NCBI GenBank assembly: GCA_977017575.1
Contig: CDRNVI010000049.1
Coordinates: 445,917-509,916 of the forward strand
DNA: 64,000 nt
Direction of reading: 5' to 3'
Source of the DNA: Paramoeba atlantica
Lineage: Eukaryota; Protista; Discosea
Within the stretch, counting starts at the first letter, position 1; every line of letters begins with the position of its first letter. Below are positions 30,458 through 41,593 of this stretch, piece after piece. The notes under the pieces are model-generated. The model did no database searches. It was not told the origin of the DNA and worked only from the letters and a program-made list of their open reading frames with translations. A program made the position numbers and the translations under genes.

Positions 30458-30635
30458 TATGCATTATAAAGGTGCGAGTTTTATGCGTTATAAGGGTGCG
30501 AGGTTTTATGCATTATCAGTGGGACAATATGCATTATCAGTGGGACAATATGCATTATCAGTGGGACAATATGCGTTATCAGGGTGCATTATGCATTATA
30601 AGGGTGCGAGTTTTATGCGTTATAAAGGTGCGAGT
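30458..30635 (-). repeat. Right subterminal array, inverted relative to the left array
   Basis: ATGCGTTATAAGGGTGCGAGTTTT units (reverse complement of the left units) plus ATGCATTATCAGTGGGACAAT x3. Confidence 0.95.
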
Positions 30636-31371
30636 GGCGTCCCTGACGCAGTACGATACTACAACGCTCTGCTCATTCGACCAAGAAAAGCCCACCGGTT
30701 GGACGGTGCTAACGTTAGGTGTATTGCAATGGTTGTTTAACTACCGCTGTACCCTCGATTATTAAAAAAAGTGAACAAATTTTCCACCCCCACGTGGGGG
30801 TGACCCCCCCTGGTATCCGCAGGATGGGTCCGCCAAGTTCGGAATTTTCACGAAAAAAAAGTTGGAAAAAATTCTAGGCGGGATCCTAGGCGCTCCCACC
30901 CAGAGTCACCCCTCTAAGCACAATGTATTATTAACGTGTATTACATGCCGAAACCCTCGTTTAAGTCCTGCAGAATAACAATTCCAGTAACATGATTTCT
31001 GTATCTTCCGATTGAAGCAAAAAATATTAAGAAGCTAAGGAAGAAAAAATTGACGAAAGATAAACTCCGGATTGCTCCGATGGGTCACTGGCAAGCCAGA
31101 CCCTTCACAGATAGATATGGAAGTTTCGAGGCCGAAGTCCTCTACCTGTTTTCGTTAGTACAAGGCGGCAACAACGTGCTACCACCAACCCGTTGCGTCG
31201 ACGAACCCAAGACAATCTTCAAACGTTATCATTCCTGCAGCTACGTAGTATTCCTGTAGCCGTTAACATTCCCCCCCGGAATGTTAAACCGGACTGTGGT
31301 TTAAAATCCCGGTATGACGGCGTCGTCTTCACCAAGAAAATTGCACCCAGAACCTTTGTGCATCGTTCTTT

Positions 31372-31492
31372 GTGCGCCATCTGTGTCCCCCCTTGAAGAC
31401 CACTGGGCGTGGCTCTGCCTCGCCTTACCCCGATGCAACGGTCGGTTGCAGTGCACCCCTCCGGCTGCATAAAGAGGTGGTAAGTTGCCTGG
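31372..31492 (+). repeat. Internal fragment of the SL-headed structured repeat
   Basis: CCACTGGGCGTGGCTCTGCCTCG...GGTCGGT.GCAGTGC.CCCCTCCGGCTGC.TAAAGAG matches about 10135-10230. Confidence 0.85.
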
Positions 31493-31513
31493 GGAATAAT
31501 CTGACCTCCCCTC

Positions 31514-32335
31514 TTACTTCACCACTCGTCCAGTGACTAAATGTGGTGAAGTAAGGGAGGAGGCGAAGTAAGGGGGGGTAACGGTATTAGCAATTGCGCG
31601 GTCTCGGTGCGGTCTCGGTGCGGCGTACGAACTTATCTCAGTGCAAGAACAGAAAGTGTGGAATGGGTGGGGGGTGGGGGCAGGGGAGTAGAAGGCGAAG
31701 GCGAGGCTACATGAATCCGGACATTGTTGGAGAGGAAATCTCAATGAAAAAACTAATCGAATCGAAAATGGGGGTGGTGGTGAGACTTCAGCCCCGCTGC
31801 TTGATTCATTTTGACGAGAAGCGGTCCGCTTGCGCTGACGCCACTGCTGGCAAACGCGAGACCGCTTCCCGGAAACACAGCGCCACACGCTGTCCACAAA
31901 GTCGCCCACTTCACCTTGGCGATGGGGGGAAAAGAGAGGGTCTTCTTGAAGGTACGCTTCAAGATCGGCGGTTGCCTCTCCAAGGAAGTACGCGCTCCGG
32001 GGGCGGACGCTCAGAAGCAGATGGCCCCGGCGGTCAGCCAAGTGGAACAGGACGCGAGTCACGATGCACGAGGTCAAGTCAATGCCACACACAGAGCGTG
32101 CAACATGTAGGAAGTTGTCCATCGTGCGTGACACGCGCCCTGCGATTTCATCCATTTTACTACTGAGCTCTGCATTGCTTATCTCCAAACGTGGCTTGGA
32201 GAAAACGTCGGGCCTCTTCGTAAAGACCCGGATCGTCGAAGCCTTGATGACATCGAAGAGTTTGTCTTCGGCACTTGTCTCAGGCTCAAGAGCAGTCAAT
32301 CGCTCTTGCAATGCGTCATTGCTCTCGATAGTCAT
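31514..32335 (-). CDS. Hypothetical protein, 3' end running into repeats
   Basis: 273-aa ATG ORF. The first ~165 aa look globular and the tail reads through GCGGTCTCGGT repeats and a TIR. Confidence 0.5.
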   Translation of the reverse strand: MTIESNDALQERLTALEPETSAEDKLFDVIKASTIRVFTKRPDVFSKPRLEISNAELSSKMDEIAGRVSRTMDNFLHVARSVCGIDLTSCIVTRVLFHLADRRGHLLLSVRPRSAYFLGEATADLEAYLQEDPLFSPHRQGEVGDFVDSVWRCVSGKRSRVCQQWRQRKRTASRQNESSSGAEVSPPPPFSIRLVFSLRFPLQQCPDSCSLAFAFYSPAPTPHPFHTFCSCTEISSYAAPRPHRDRAIANTVTPPYFASSLTSPHLVTGRVVK

Positions 32336-32527
32336 AAAAATTTAGGAGAAAAGTTTACGGGAAAAGAAAAACGCGCTGTTGTTAGTAAAAAGGATGAAAA
32401 TGATACAGAGAAAGAAACAAAGAAAAATATAGCTAGAAGCGTACACCGAATTCGAAATTCCACTTAAAAATAAAAACAAATGTAAACTTTTGGCTGTTTT
32501 TCTATCTCTCCCCACCGAAAATACGAA

Positions 32528-32626
32528 CCGCGGTCTCGGTGCGGTCTCGGTGCGGTCTCGGTGCGGTCTCGGTGCGGTCTCGGTGCGGTCTCGGTGCGGT
32601 CTCGGTCGAAGTACCCGCAGCCCCTC
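32528..32626. repeat. (GCGGTCTCGGT)n array ending in an ACCCGCAGCCCCTC TIR
   Basis: About seven 11-nt units. The same unit occurs twice at 31598-31623, and the TIR is identical to 17402-17415. Confidence 0.85.
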
Positions 32627-32974
32627 AACTAACTGCCGCTGGTTAAATCCAGCGAAGATTGCACACTTTCAAAAATCTTCAGAAAATACATACGTTGTGG
32701 TTCCGGGAACATACCTCTGTTCCGGGAACACAGGGAACAGAAGAGAGACACGGATATTTTATGAACTGCGGAATACAATTTCCAACTATGAACTAGAGAT
32801 TTCTCGCCTAACTAGCGATTTCGTGCCTTGGTTTGATAAATTCAACGGGTTTGCTTTGACGAGGCTCAGATACATGAATCTAAGCGCTTGGAAATATTAA
32901 ATACTACAACTATGCAAATTTAGACTTGCACTCAACACAATTACATGCATTTGTGTAATATTTTAAATATTATA

Positions 32975-34372
32975 CAGGGGGGATATTATACAGGGGGGAT
33001 TGTATATTAAATTATAAACCCCCGCTCACGAAAAGTGACCCCCCTCTTTTTTTTTCGTACAAATGTCCGTTTGAGCTGATTTTTGTTGCATTTTGCAGAT
33101 CTCAACACAAGGACTTTGCGCGTGAAAAAATGGGACAAAAAGAAACGAATACGCACAATTTAGAGAAGAATTACCATTTTGTCACTTTTTCGCCCTCCAA
33201 TCTTATACACTCCTTAAGTCGAGAATCAAAACTTAATACTGTTTTGTCGATCACTTTTTGCGTTAAAGAAGACCATGCTTTACGTACACATCGGATAAGT
33301 GAAGGTTTGTCCGATGGCGTTTGTTCGTCTACCGCTTCTTGGACCATAGACCAGACGTTTTCTATTGGGGAAAGGTCGGGCGAGTTGGGGGACCAGTTTC
33401 TTAAAACATCACTCATTCGATTCTCAATATACTCTTTGGAGGCACGGGCAGTATGTGCCGTTGCCCCATCCTGTTGAAATACACTATTAGGGGGGAAATC
33501 TACCTGTTTTAATGTTTCTATGTACGTCTCACTTGTAATAGATGTGTCATTTCGTAGAGTAACCAAATACCTCCAGCCCACTCCTACAGCACCCCAAACT
33601 TGGCATCTTGGTGCCCAACGTACTTTTTGACGCGGGGCTGCTTTTTGACCGCGCTTTACCCACATGTGTCTTCTGCTATCGTTGGTATCAAATATCTTTT
33701 CGTCCGTAAAAATAACACGGGCAGTATCCAATTTGTAATTCAAAGCAAATTGAACTATTCTTTGCTTTTGTCGTTCGGTAAGCCCTTGGCATACTGGCCG
33801 AGCGGCATAATTGTAATCCAGCGATGGTAGATCTCGCTTTACAGTGCTTTGCGAAACTTTTATACCTTTTTTACACATTTGGCCGTTTATACGCCTTGAA
33901 GAATTGAATTTTGGTACCCCAGCGGGGTCGAGAGGAGCCAATATCTTTTCAATTTTCTTTTTGCGAGATTCGATTTTTATTAATGGTCACAGGACTCAAA
34001 GTGTTCCCCACTACATTTTTTTTCGTTCAGATATTTTTTGGTTATCCTTCTAGAGACGTTAAAATCACGGGATAATTGTTTTATCGGAACACCTTCTCCC
34101 TGTCTCATCTTCAGAAGAACCTTGCCACTATCCGTAAGCTCCCCTTTTGGGAGCTGATATGGTGATTTGGTCATTTTTGGAAAAAAAAGTTGAAAAACCA
34201 ATTATTTTTTTTGACTAAATTTTAAAGTATTAAAATGAGCTGAAAACAGCGGGAACGTACAGATCTCGAAATTTTGAACGAAAAAGTGGTATGATAACCC
34301 ACCCACGCCCCCCTGTGCTAAAAATAAGGGGGAGTCACTTATTCGTGAGCGGGGGTTTATTTTAAATATACT
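32975..34372 (-). mobile_element. Tc1-like transposon (DD35E), frameshifted
   Basis: TA-CAGGGGGG left end and matching CCCCCGCTCACGAA.AAGTGAC subterminal IR. IFTDEK and QQDGATAH...NSPDLSPIE at 33171-33941, N-terminal HTH at 33980-34174. Confidence 0.88.
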
Positions 34373-34954
34373 GCAAATTAGGCCGTAAGAATAATTTCTT
34401 CGCAAACAAGTTTTAAATCCGAAAACACTCTCACCAAAGGAATACTTTTATGTCTTTGTAAGCTTCCGTTGCACTTCTCTGTTACAGCACGGAGGCGTTC
34501 CTGGAAGTACGTGTACTTTCGCGGTGGTCATGAAATACTGAAAAGCAGATGTGTATCAATAGACTTAGTCCCGAAGAAATGATGAAAAACCGTGAACAAA
34601 TCCGTATCCTGGCGTTCCTCTTTACTCTTTCAAACCACCAACGGATATTACTATGGGGTATGTCATCCTGTAACACCGTTTAAAGAGGAAAGAAAAAATA
34701 TAAAAGTATTAAAAGGACTTAACCTGTGGTCCAAAATCGAAAAAAAATGGGGGCTCTAGGAGGGGTCCATGGGGGGGGGGTTATGGGTGGAGGGCATACC
34801 GCACGACAAGATAGCCCTTTTTGGAGCCATGGCACGCCATTTCTTACTAAAAAATGCGAATTATCAAAAACTTTTCATTCCATCGTTACTCCTCCATGTC
34901 AGCTCGAGATTTTTTCCGTAATCTTTTTAATCTTGTCTTACTTTTTCCCTTCGT

Positions 34955-35000
34955 AGACAAAGAATTTCCCTTCGTAGACAAAGAATTTCCCTTCGTAGAC
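34955..35000. repeat. 21-bp tandem repeat
   Basis: TTCCCTTCGTAGACAAAGAAT x2 plus a partial third unit. Confidence 0.85.
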
Positions 35001-35469
35001 AAAAATATACTACACAGATGTATGTTTGTTTCTCATCACCCCTTATTGCGTTCATAAATAATGATAATGATAGTAATAATGATAATCTCAGAAAATTTAT
35101 TATTATCATTATCATTATTTATGAGAGGGGGTGTATGTCCACCCAAAAAACGGCTAGTTTTGGCTGGAATCCTTCCTGAACAATTTCTTTTTTTGTCACT
35201 TCGTCAAACGCGGAAGTAGTTTTCAACGGGAAGCGCGCAGCATGACTTCTATTTTGAAAACAACCACTGCGTTTAACGAACCCCCGGATGTTCAACTCCA
35301 GCGCACCACTTTTTTCACCATAGTCGATCATCGTTCCTTTTTTCTGCGCCTCACCATAGTCGAACATCGTTCCTTTTTCCTTTCACCATAAAAACTTACC
35401 CAGAGTATTTAAATAAAGCGTAGTACACGTGTAAGATTTGAGTAAGAAACTTTGTTAGACAAGAATTTA

Positions 35470-35890
35470 TTCACCTTTACAAAATGCTCTGTGGTTTGTC
35501 AAGCTCGACGAAGATGTTTCAGCAACAGAGGAATCCGAGTGCATTGGGAAAGCATTCCAGGGTCGAAGTGCGGCAGGGCGCGAGATTTCCCATTCAAATG
35601 TGTTCGTTGAAGTTTGTTGCGGTGTGCCTTTTCTGCGGTGTGGCAAATTATTTGGATTCGAACGCCGAAACTCCTTTTCTGCTCGTCTGCGGTTTGTCAA
35701 GTTTTGAAATGCTTTGTGCTCTCATCCCCTCATAGCGCTGACCCCTTCTTGCATTACGCGCCAACTCGCGACAAACAGTGCTGTGACTTTTGCCAATTAT
35801 GCGAGCTATGCTCCTCCGACTCTCGCCAGATGCGAAGAGTGATTGAATACGATTACGATCGTAAAGACTAAGTCTTGAATAAAGGCGCAT
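35470..35890 (-). pseudogene. Second, divergent IS30-family transposase remnant (N-terminal HTH)
   Basis: MRLYSRLSLYDRNRIQSLFASGESRRSIARIIGKSHSTVCRELARN..RY...RAQ is the IS30 N-terminal pattern. Downstream sequence is degenerate. Confidence 0.85.
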
Positions 35891-35895
35891 TTGTA

Positions 35896-36478
35896 AAGGG
35901 GGCTCGTTTATTGTTAACATTCGTTTATTGTTAACAATCAATAAATTCATTTATTGTTATCATTCGATTATTGTTAACAATGAATTAATTTCGGTTTTCT
36001 CGTGTGACTTTTGAATTTTTTGTTCCCTATGGTCATGTTTTATAGCGTTCATGATAAGGAAAATGATGCGCTTAACGAAATGCGAAACAATTTTATTGAA
36101 ACAACAGACTTTCAGTCGCCCGACGATGGCAGCATCCAGAGATAAAACGTTGAGAAGGCAAGTAAACGGTACCTCACCCGACATCGCACTTCGATTCCCA
36201 CAACTCAGTTTTAGATGAAACTGGGTGGCAATTGAAAACTGCGTAGTTCCCTAAAGAGGTGTCGTTGGAGACTCGTTAGTAGCTCCGGCGACTGCCAGTG
36301 ACCTTCAGCGACCTCCAGGGAGTGCCCAAATACCCCCCATTGTTAACAACATTCGAACTTTCATTGCAACTCGTATAATGTTAACATTGGAGGGTAAAAG
36401 TTCGATTATTGTTAACATTCGATTATTGTTAGCAAAAACTGCTCGAAAAAATTGTTAGCGATAAACGAGCCCCCCCTT
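35896..36478. mobile_element. MITE with AAGGGGGG termini and TA TSD
   Basis: TA-AAGGGGGGCTCGTTTAT and ATAAACGAGCCCCCCCTT-TA, with internal TTATTGTTAAC repeats. Confidence 0.85.
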
Positions 36479-37084
36479 TAGTATGAATTCGAAGGATATT
36501 ATAATATAGTACTTCTCTGAATATTTGATGGTACATTGGAAATGAGAATATAGTTTTTAGGAAAAAGTGGTGCACTGGAAATGACAAAAAAATTTCTTGT
36601 TTGAAAAAAAAGCGGTGCGTTGTTGTTGACAATCCGCCACCGACTAAAAACGCTATTCCACTTTTATTATTATTCCTCAAAAATAATAGCACCACGCACG
36701 ACCATTCGCTTGAAACACAAAAAGAAAAAATGCAAACTTCATTTTACATACCTTGGTGGTTCATGAACCAATGAACCACTTCATGAACCACTGTTTTCAT
36801 GAAATGGTTCATGAAACAGTACTAACGAGGGTGCTGACAGGAGTGATATCAAGGGTTGATGGTACGGCACGGTGACAAGGGGTGAAGACAAGGGGTGAGA
36901 ACAAGGAGTTCTTACTTAGTAAGAGTAAGTTAATACTACTTCTACTAGCATATCATGGTAACGGAATGTAATAAAATATAATACATATTAACTTAAATAT
37001 ATTTTAGATTATGTTTACATGTACATGTAATGCATAAGTTTATACACATATTGTATACACATTTAGTCACTAGCCCTCGATCCT

Positions 37085-37390
37085 GTATATTACATGTTCG
37101 CGACACTAGGGTAAACCACAGAAACGCTTAGATAAGATGGGAGGATAATTAAGTAAACAGAGCTGTGGATGTGTGCTCCAAAAATATTTTACAGGGTTGC
37201 TAATCCCTGGTCACTTACTACTACCGATAAACATTACATGTTCGCGACACCACGTCAAACGACAGAAACCCTTAGATACGATGAGAGGATAGAAACAAAC
37301 AGAGATTTTAATACTATTATTTTATAAACAGAGCTGTGGATGTGTGCTCTAAAAATACTATACAGGGTTGCTGATACCTGGCTGCTTAAT
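37085..37390. repeat. Imperfect ~150-bp tandem duplication
   Basis: ATTACATGTTCGCGACAC...AAACAGAGCTGTGGATGTGTGCTC...TACAGGGTTGCT occurs twice. Confidence 0.75.
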
Positions 37391-37399
37391 ACTAAAAAT

Positions 37400-40300
37400 G
37401 GCTATCCATGAGTTCCGCGACAGACTTGCTGTTGGCGTGAAGAAACATTTGCATTGAAACGTTTCCGGGTCATGGACGCTTGCCTAGAATTGTACTTGTG
37501 TGTCATCATTGAAAGCACAGAATCACAATATGTGACAACCGGCGGGACAAACAGATAATGTTGCGCAAGAGGGTAGACTTCCGGAAAATCGTAGCGCCCT
37601 ACTTTCTCCCACCATTCAATGTCCGTACAAGCTCCTCCAGGCCACTTTTAATTTTCGTGTGTCACATAAGTTTCCCATGCCGCCTCTGTGCAGTGAAACA
37701 TGGGCGCATTATTCTTTAGAAGATCGTTTGCTCGAGCACAAGTGATCGGCGCATAATTTTGCGTTCGTGTCGTCCATATGATGAATGTAGGGCTTAGCCA
37801 ACGAACGTCTTTCCAAAATGGAGTTGCGTGATTTTTGTTGAGACGACTCTCGTGGTGCTGGAGAGCAGCGGCGAGTGGAGGATTTGAAGGCCCTTCCTTA
37901 CGAAGCATACTAAGTGTGCTTTCAACACACGTCGCAATGGCGACGTTGTTCTCGTCAGAAAAGAGATTTGGGGAAGTACGCAGAGGTTCCAATCGCTTTA
38001 AAAAAGCCTTCCCCTCAGACATGATTGCGTCAACTGCGCCAGGAACTTTGAGAATGTCATAGCATGAGCATATGGACGCAGGAGGAATGGGTGTAGGTTT
38101 GCTAACTATGTGGGTTACAAATTTAGCAATTGTTGGCAATTCTGTTGATATATACTCAACCCACGTGAATTTATCCGCTATCCAGCGCGTGACACCACCA
38201 AGTTTAGGTGTCGTACGTACGCGTTCACGCTTAGCTTCCTCTTGCAATTTTTGTGCCATGGGGATAACTCTGGAAAGAGAAGTTAGGGCATTCCGCAAGG
38301 TCGCGAGTGCTTGTTCCTTTGAAGTCTCGTCCAATTGCTTTGATCCAAGTATTCCATACCACTGGAACAAGGTTTCTTCGGCGGACTGCGAAGTTTCGTC
38401 AAACTCAGTAAGTCGAACTTCAAGAGCAACACCAGCATACTCCGCTCGTCGAGTTCCTTGACCATGAAATGCTTGAGTGTAGTACTTTCGTAGCTGGACA
38501 AGAAGAATATCTTCATAATCCTTGGATGCGTCTTTCGCAACGTTGTTGAGAAGATGCCCAATGCACGGAATTAGGACAATGTGGGGATGTGAAGCCTGGA
38601 AATTTGTCACAAAGTCATTCCAATCTGCAGCTCCAAGAGGAACAATGCTCTCAAATACTTTTAGTAACACACCACTCGCTTCATAGCGAGACCAACATGG
38701 TTCACAGCTACATGGTTCACTGCGCATCCATCGACTATGAGATACGCCAGTTTGGATAGACGAGCTCCTTCCAGACAGTGTTGCAATTCACGTATAACAA
38801 TTTCGGCGGTATCCTTACCACTGAAAGCGCCATACTTCGGGTGATGCATCGGTGGCATGAGCCATTGATGATGTCCCACATAGAGAACCGCTACAAGAAC
38901 ATGTTCGCGGAGTACAGGGTCGATGTCTGCATCAATTGCTAGACCAAAAAATGCATACTCGTCAACAGTACGTCTTATTCGTCCCCAGAGTTGTTCCGCT
39001 AGGTATTGCACGTCTGCTTTGAGCACACGGGCGTCTTTCTGAAGAACTTGAATAGCTGTCTCAGTGGACATAACGGGTCGGTGCTGCTCATACAGGGGTG
39101 AAAACTTCCATCTGGGGGGGTCTAAAATTTGTAAAAACTTTTCAATTTTGTAAAATAATAGCGCATTCGAGAGCTCTCGCAGAGTTGTATGTCTTCGTAC
39201 TGGTAGCTTTTAACATATCAAAGTAGAACTACAAATGCCGAATAGGTCAAAAACTCGAATTGTCACTTGAAAAATGATACAAAAAAGTTGAAAAGTAACG
39301 TTTTCTCCCCCCAAAAAGATTGTTAGTAACCCCTGTTAGTATCCGCAATGTGCACCGTTCTTTTCTACAATGATTCTACAACGCTTTCTGAAGCTTTTTA
39401 GCGTATTCTCAAATTTGGATATTTGTTCCGTCTTAAGTTTATCATAGGAATCATGAATTGCGGAGAGTAATTGTTGTTGATTTTTGGGTTGAATTTGGTC
39501 CTTTGTCCCGTCCATTATTGACCAAAGATTTTCTATGGGGTTTAGATCAGGGGATCGTGCTGGCCATCGGAGCCAAGAATAACCCTTTTCTTGGGCCGCG
39601 GCACGAGCCTTATTATGTGCCGGGCAATTGTCCATCACTATTGTGGCCCGATGTCTCCTTAAATATTGGAACAGACCCCCCCCTTTTTTTCATGGCTTCA
39701 TAAAAAATTTGTCCCTTTACAGTTACTTTGTTTCCTTGAGAATCATGGGTAGGAAAGACGTGTAAATGAAACCCATGCTTTAAGCTCACCCCATCCAAAC
39801 CATAATACCTTCTCCACCATGATAGGGTTCTAATTCCCCTGTTTGTTCTTTGGGGGGGGTCAGATTTTCGGCAAAGGTACGTGGGTCGGGTGGATCTTTT
39901 GCACGTAAATTTTTTTTCGTCGCAGAAAATAATATTTCCCAGCGCAGCGTCGCTCCACTGTAGCATTTCAGTGGCAAATTGCACTCTGCGCTCCTTATGA
40001 TTATTAGATAAGAAAGGGGTCTTTAAAGCTGTTCTGAGCACAATTTTTTCTTTTGAGTTTTTCAACATGTTCCTTAGGGATGTTAGTGAACATATGAAGC
40101 CACGTCGCTTTACCTCTCTCCAGAGCTCGCTCCAAGTGGAGATACCATAAGGAAGGTCACGATAAGCGTCATCAATAAGCTTTAAAGATACTTTCATAAG
40201 ATCAGAGGTGGTGACCCTAGGTTGGCGCGTAGGGGATGGACTGGCCACGTCGCCAGTGCAATTAAATCTTTCCACCCAGAGTTTCACAGTTCCCTCGTGG

Positions 40301-40842
40301 ACACCAAAATTTTGGGCAGTCCGGGAATAAGACTCTGTTTTCTCAAAGTCCGCCACAAGAAGCATCCTGTGACTTTCCTTAATCTTCCCTGGTGAGGCAT
40401 AGGAGCGTGCTCTCAAAACACCACGGGAAGTCCATGAGCGAACTCGCTTTTGAGGCATAAAATGGGGAAAAACAAAAAATTGCCATACTTTCACAAGAAA
40501 AAAAAATTATTTTTTTGTCATTAGATTAAATCTTTCAAGTCGAGCGTTCCGAATACGCCAAAGACATACAACTCTGCGAGAGCTCTCCAAAGCGCTATTA
40601 TTTTACAAAATTGAGCAAATTTTACAAATTTTAGACCCCCCCAGATGGAAGTTTTCACCCCTGTATGTTTTGATAAATTTCAAGAACGAAGATACGGGGA
40701 AGGAAGTAGTTGAGAAAAGCAGAGGAAGTACCACATGTGCAAATATTTCCGGTGTCCCCGAATTAGTGTCCACTGTCCCAATGTTATTATCGAGAGGAGG
40801 TGGTGGTGGTGGTGGACGACACCACTTTTGATGATTGCTCAA
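37400..40842 (-). pseudogene. hAT-like transposase split by a Tc1 insertion
   Basis: Removing 39093-40663 and one TA restores FIKTYEQHRPVMSTE. Motifs LAIDAD, LIVDGCAVN, PCIGHLLNN, VTRW and EWWEKVGRYDFPEV (dimerisation-like domain, next frame). Confidence 0.75.
39093..40663 (-). mobile_element. Tc1-like transposon (DD32E)
   Basis: ~100-bp CAGGGG TIRs and TA TSD. IFCDEKKF and DNCPAH...WPARSPDLNPIE across a frameshift. Confidence 0.93.
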
Positions 40843-41417
40843 AGTGGACTGGACTTCATAAACTTTTTATGATTTTTTTGGCAAAAAGTATTTGACACAT
40901 TTTCAAAAAGTGACAGATAACTAGGGGGGGGGGGGGTAGTCGACGAAAAAAATTCGAAGCGCTAAAAAGTGACAAATAACTAGGGGGGTTACGTGTGACA
41001 GATAACTAGGGGGATTCCCTAGATAACCAGGGGGATATCCCCGAAATGTTTTGACCCCACTTCGGACAAGGGGCTTGGCTTTATTTTTCCCCGCAGCGCA
41101 TCGCTGATCAAGAAGAAATTCGTAGAAATAAGCGCATAATCACGTTTGTGGAGACGAAGGGACAGGAAGAATTTTCTCCTTAAAGCGCAGATCAGCCTTT
41201 TGTACCTTAGCCCTCCCTTCATTACTTTATAGGGGCTTAAGAAAATATTTATCGTTAACATCTCATTATTATCCTCTTTTACCTTACAGCAATCTATTTT
41301 ACCTTACCGCAATCTATCCTTACAGCGAAACTAATTGGTTCATCCTATCAGCTAAAGCGTTGTCCTCATTAATTTTTATAAATGTAAATATAAATATAAA
41401 TTTTCATTTTTGTCATA

Positions 41418-41593
41418 CTGCCCCCCCTGTTTAAGCGCACCTCGTTTTCCGCGAAAAGTGCGCTAAACGGGGGGGTCTGAATCACTACATTATGAAAAAA
41501 TTGGCGCCGCTTCGCGGCGCCGGGCTCTGTCCTTCAACTCTATGTGCGCTTAAACGGGGGGGTCTGACCGGGTGCGCTTAAATGGGGGGACAG
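41418..41593. mobile_element. MITE (copy of 8344-8523)
   Basis: TA-CTGCCCCCCC...GGGGGGACAG-TA. Confidence 0.85.

Larger units (their letters stand above)
28371..30635 (+). mobile_element. IS30-family transposon with long TIRs and subterminal arrays
   Basis: 49-bp TIR (47/49 identical), GGC duplicated at 28368-70 and 30636-38, intact IS30 transposase inside. Confidence 0.85.
27862..30914. mobile_element. Middle element with GAGGGGTGACTC TIR and TAA TSD (PIF/Harbinger-like termini)
   Basis: Perfect 12-bp TIR, TAA at 27859-61 and 30915-17, GGCGCTCCCA motifs near both ends. Confidence 0.75.
27411..31584. mobile_element. Outer mariner-type non-autonomous element hosting nested insertions
   Basis: TIR CCGTTACCCCC(G/C)CTTACTT (18/19) with TA at 27409-10 and 31585-86, and subterminal GTGGTGAAGTAAGGG repeats at both ends. 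Confidence 0.8.
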
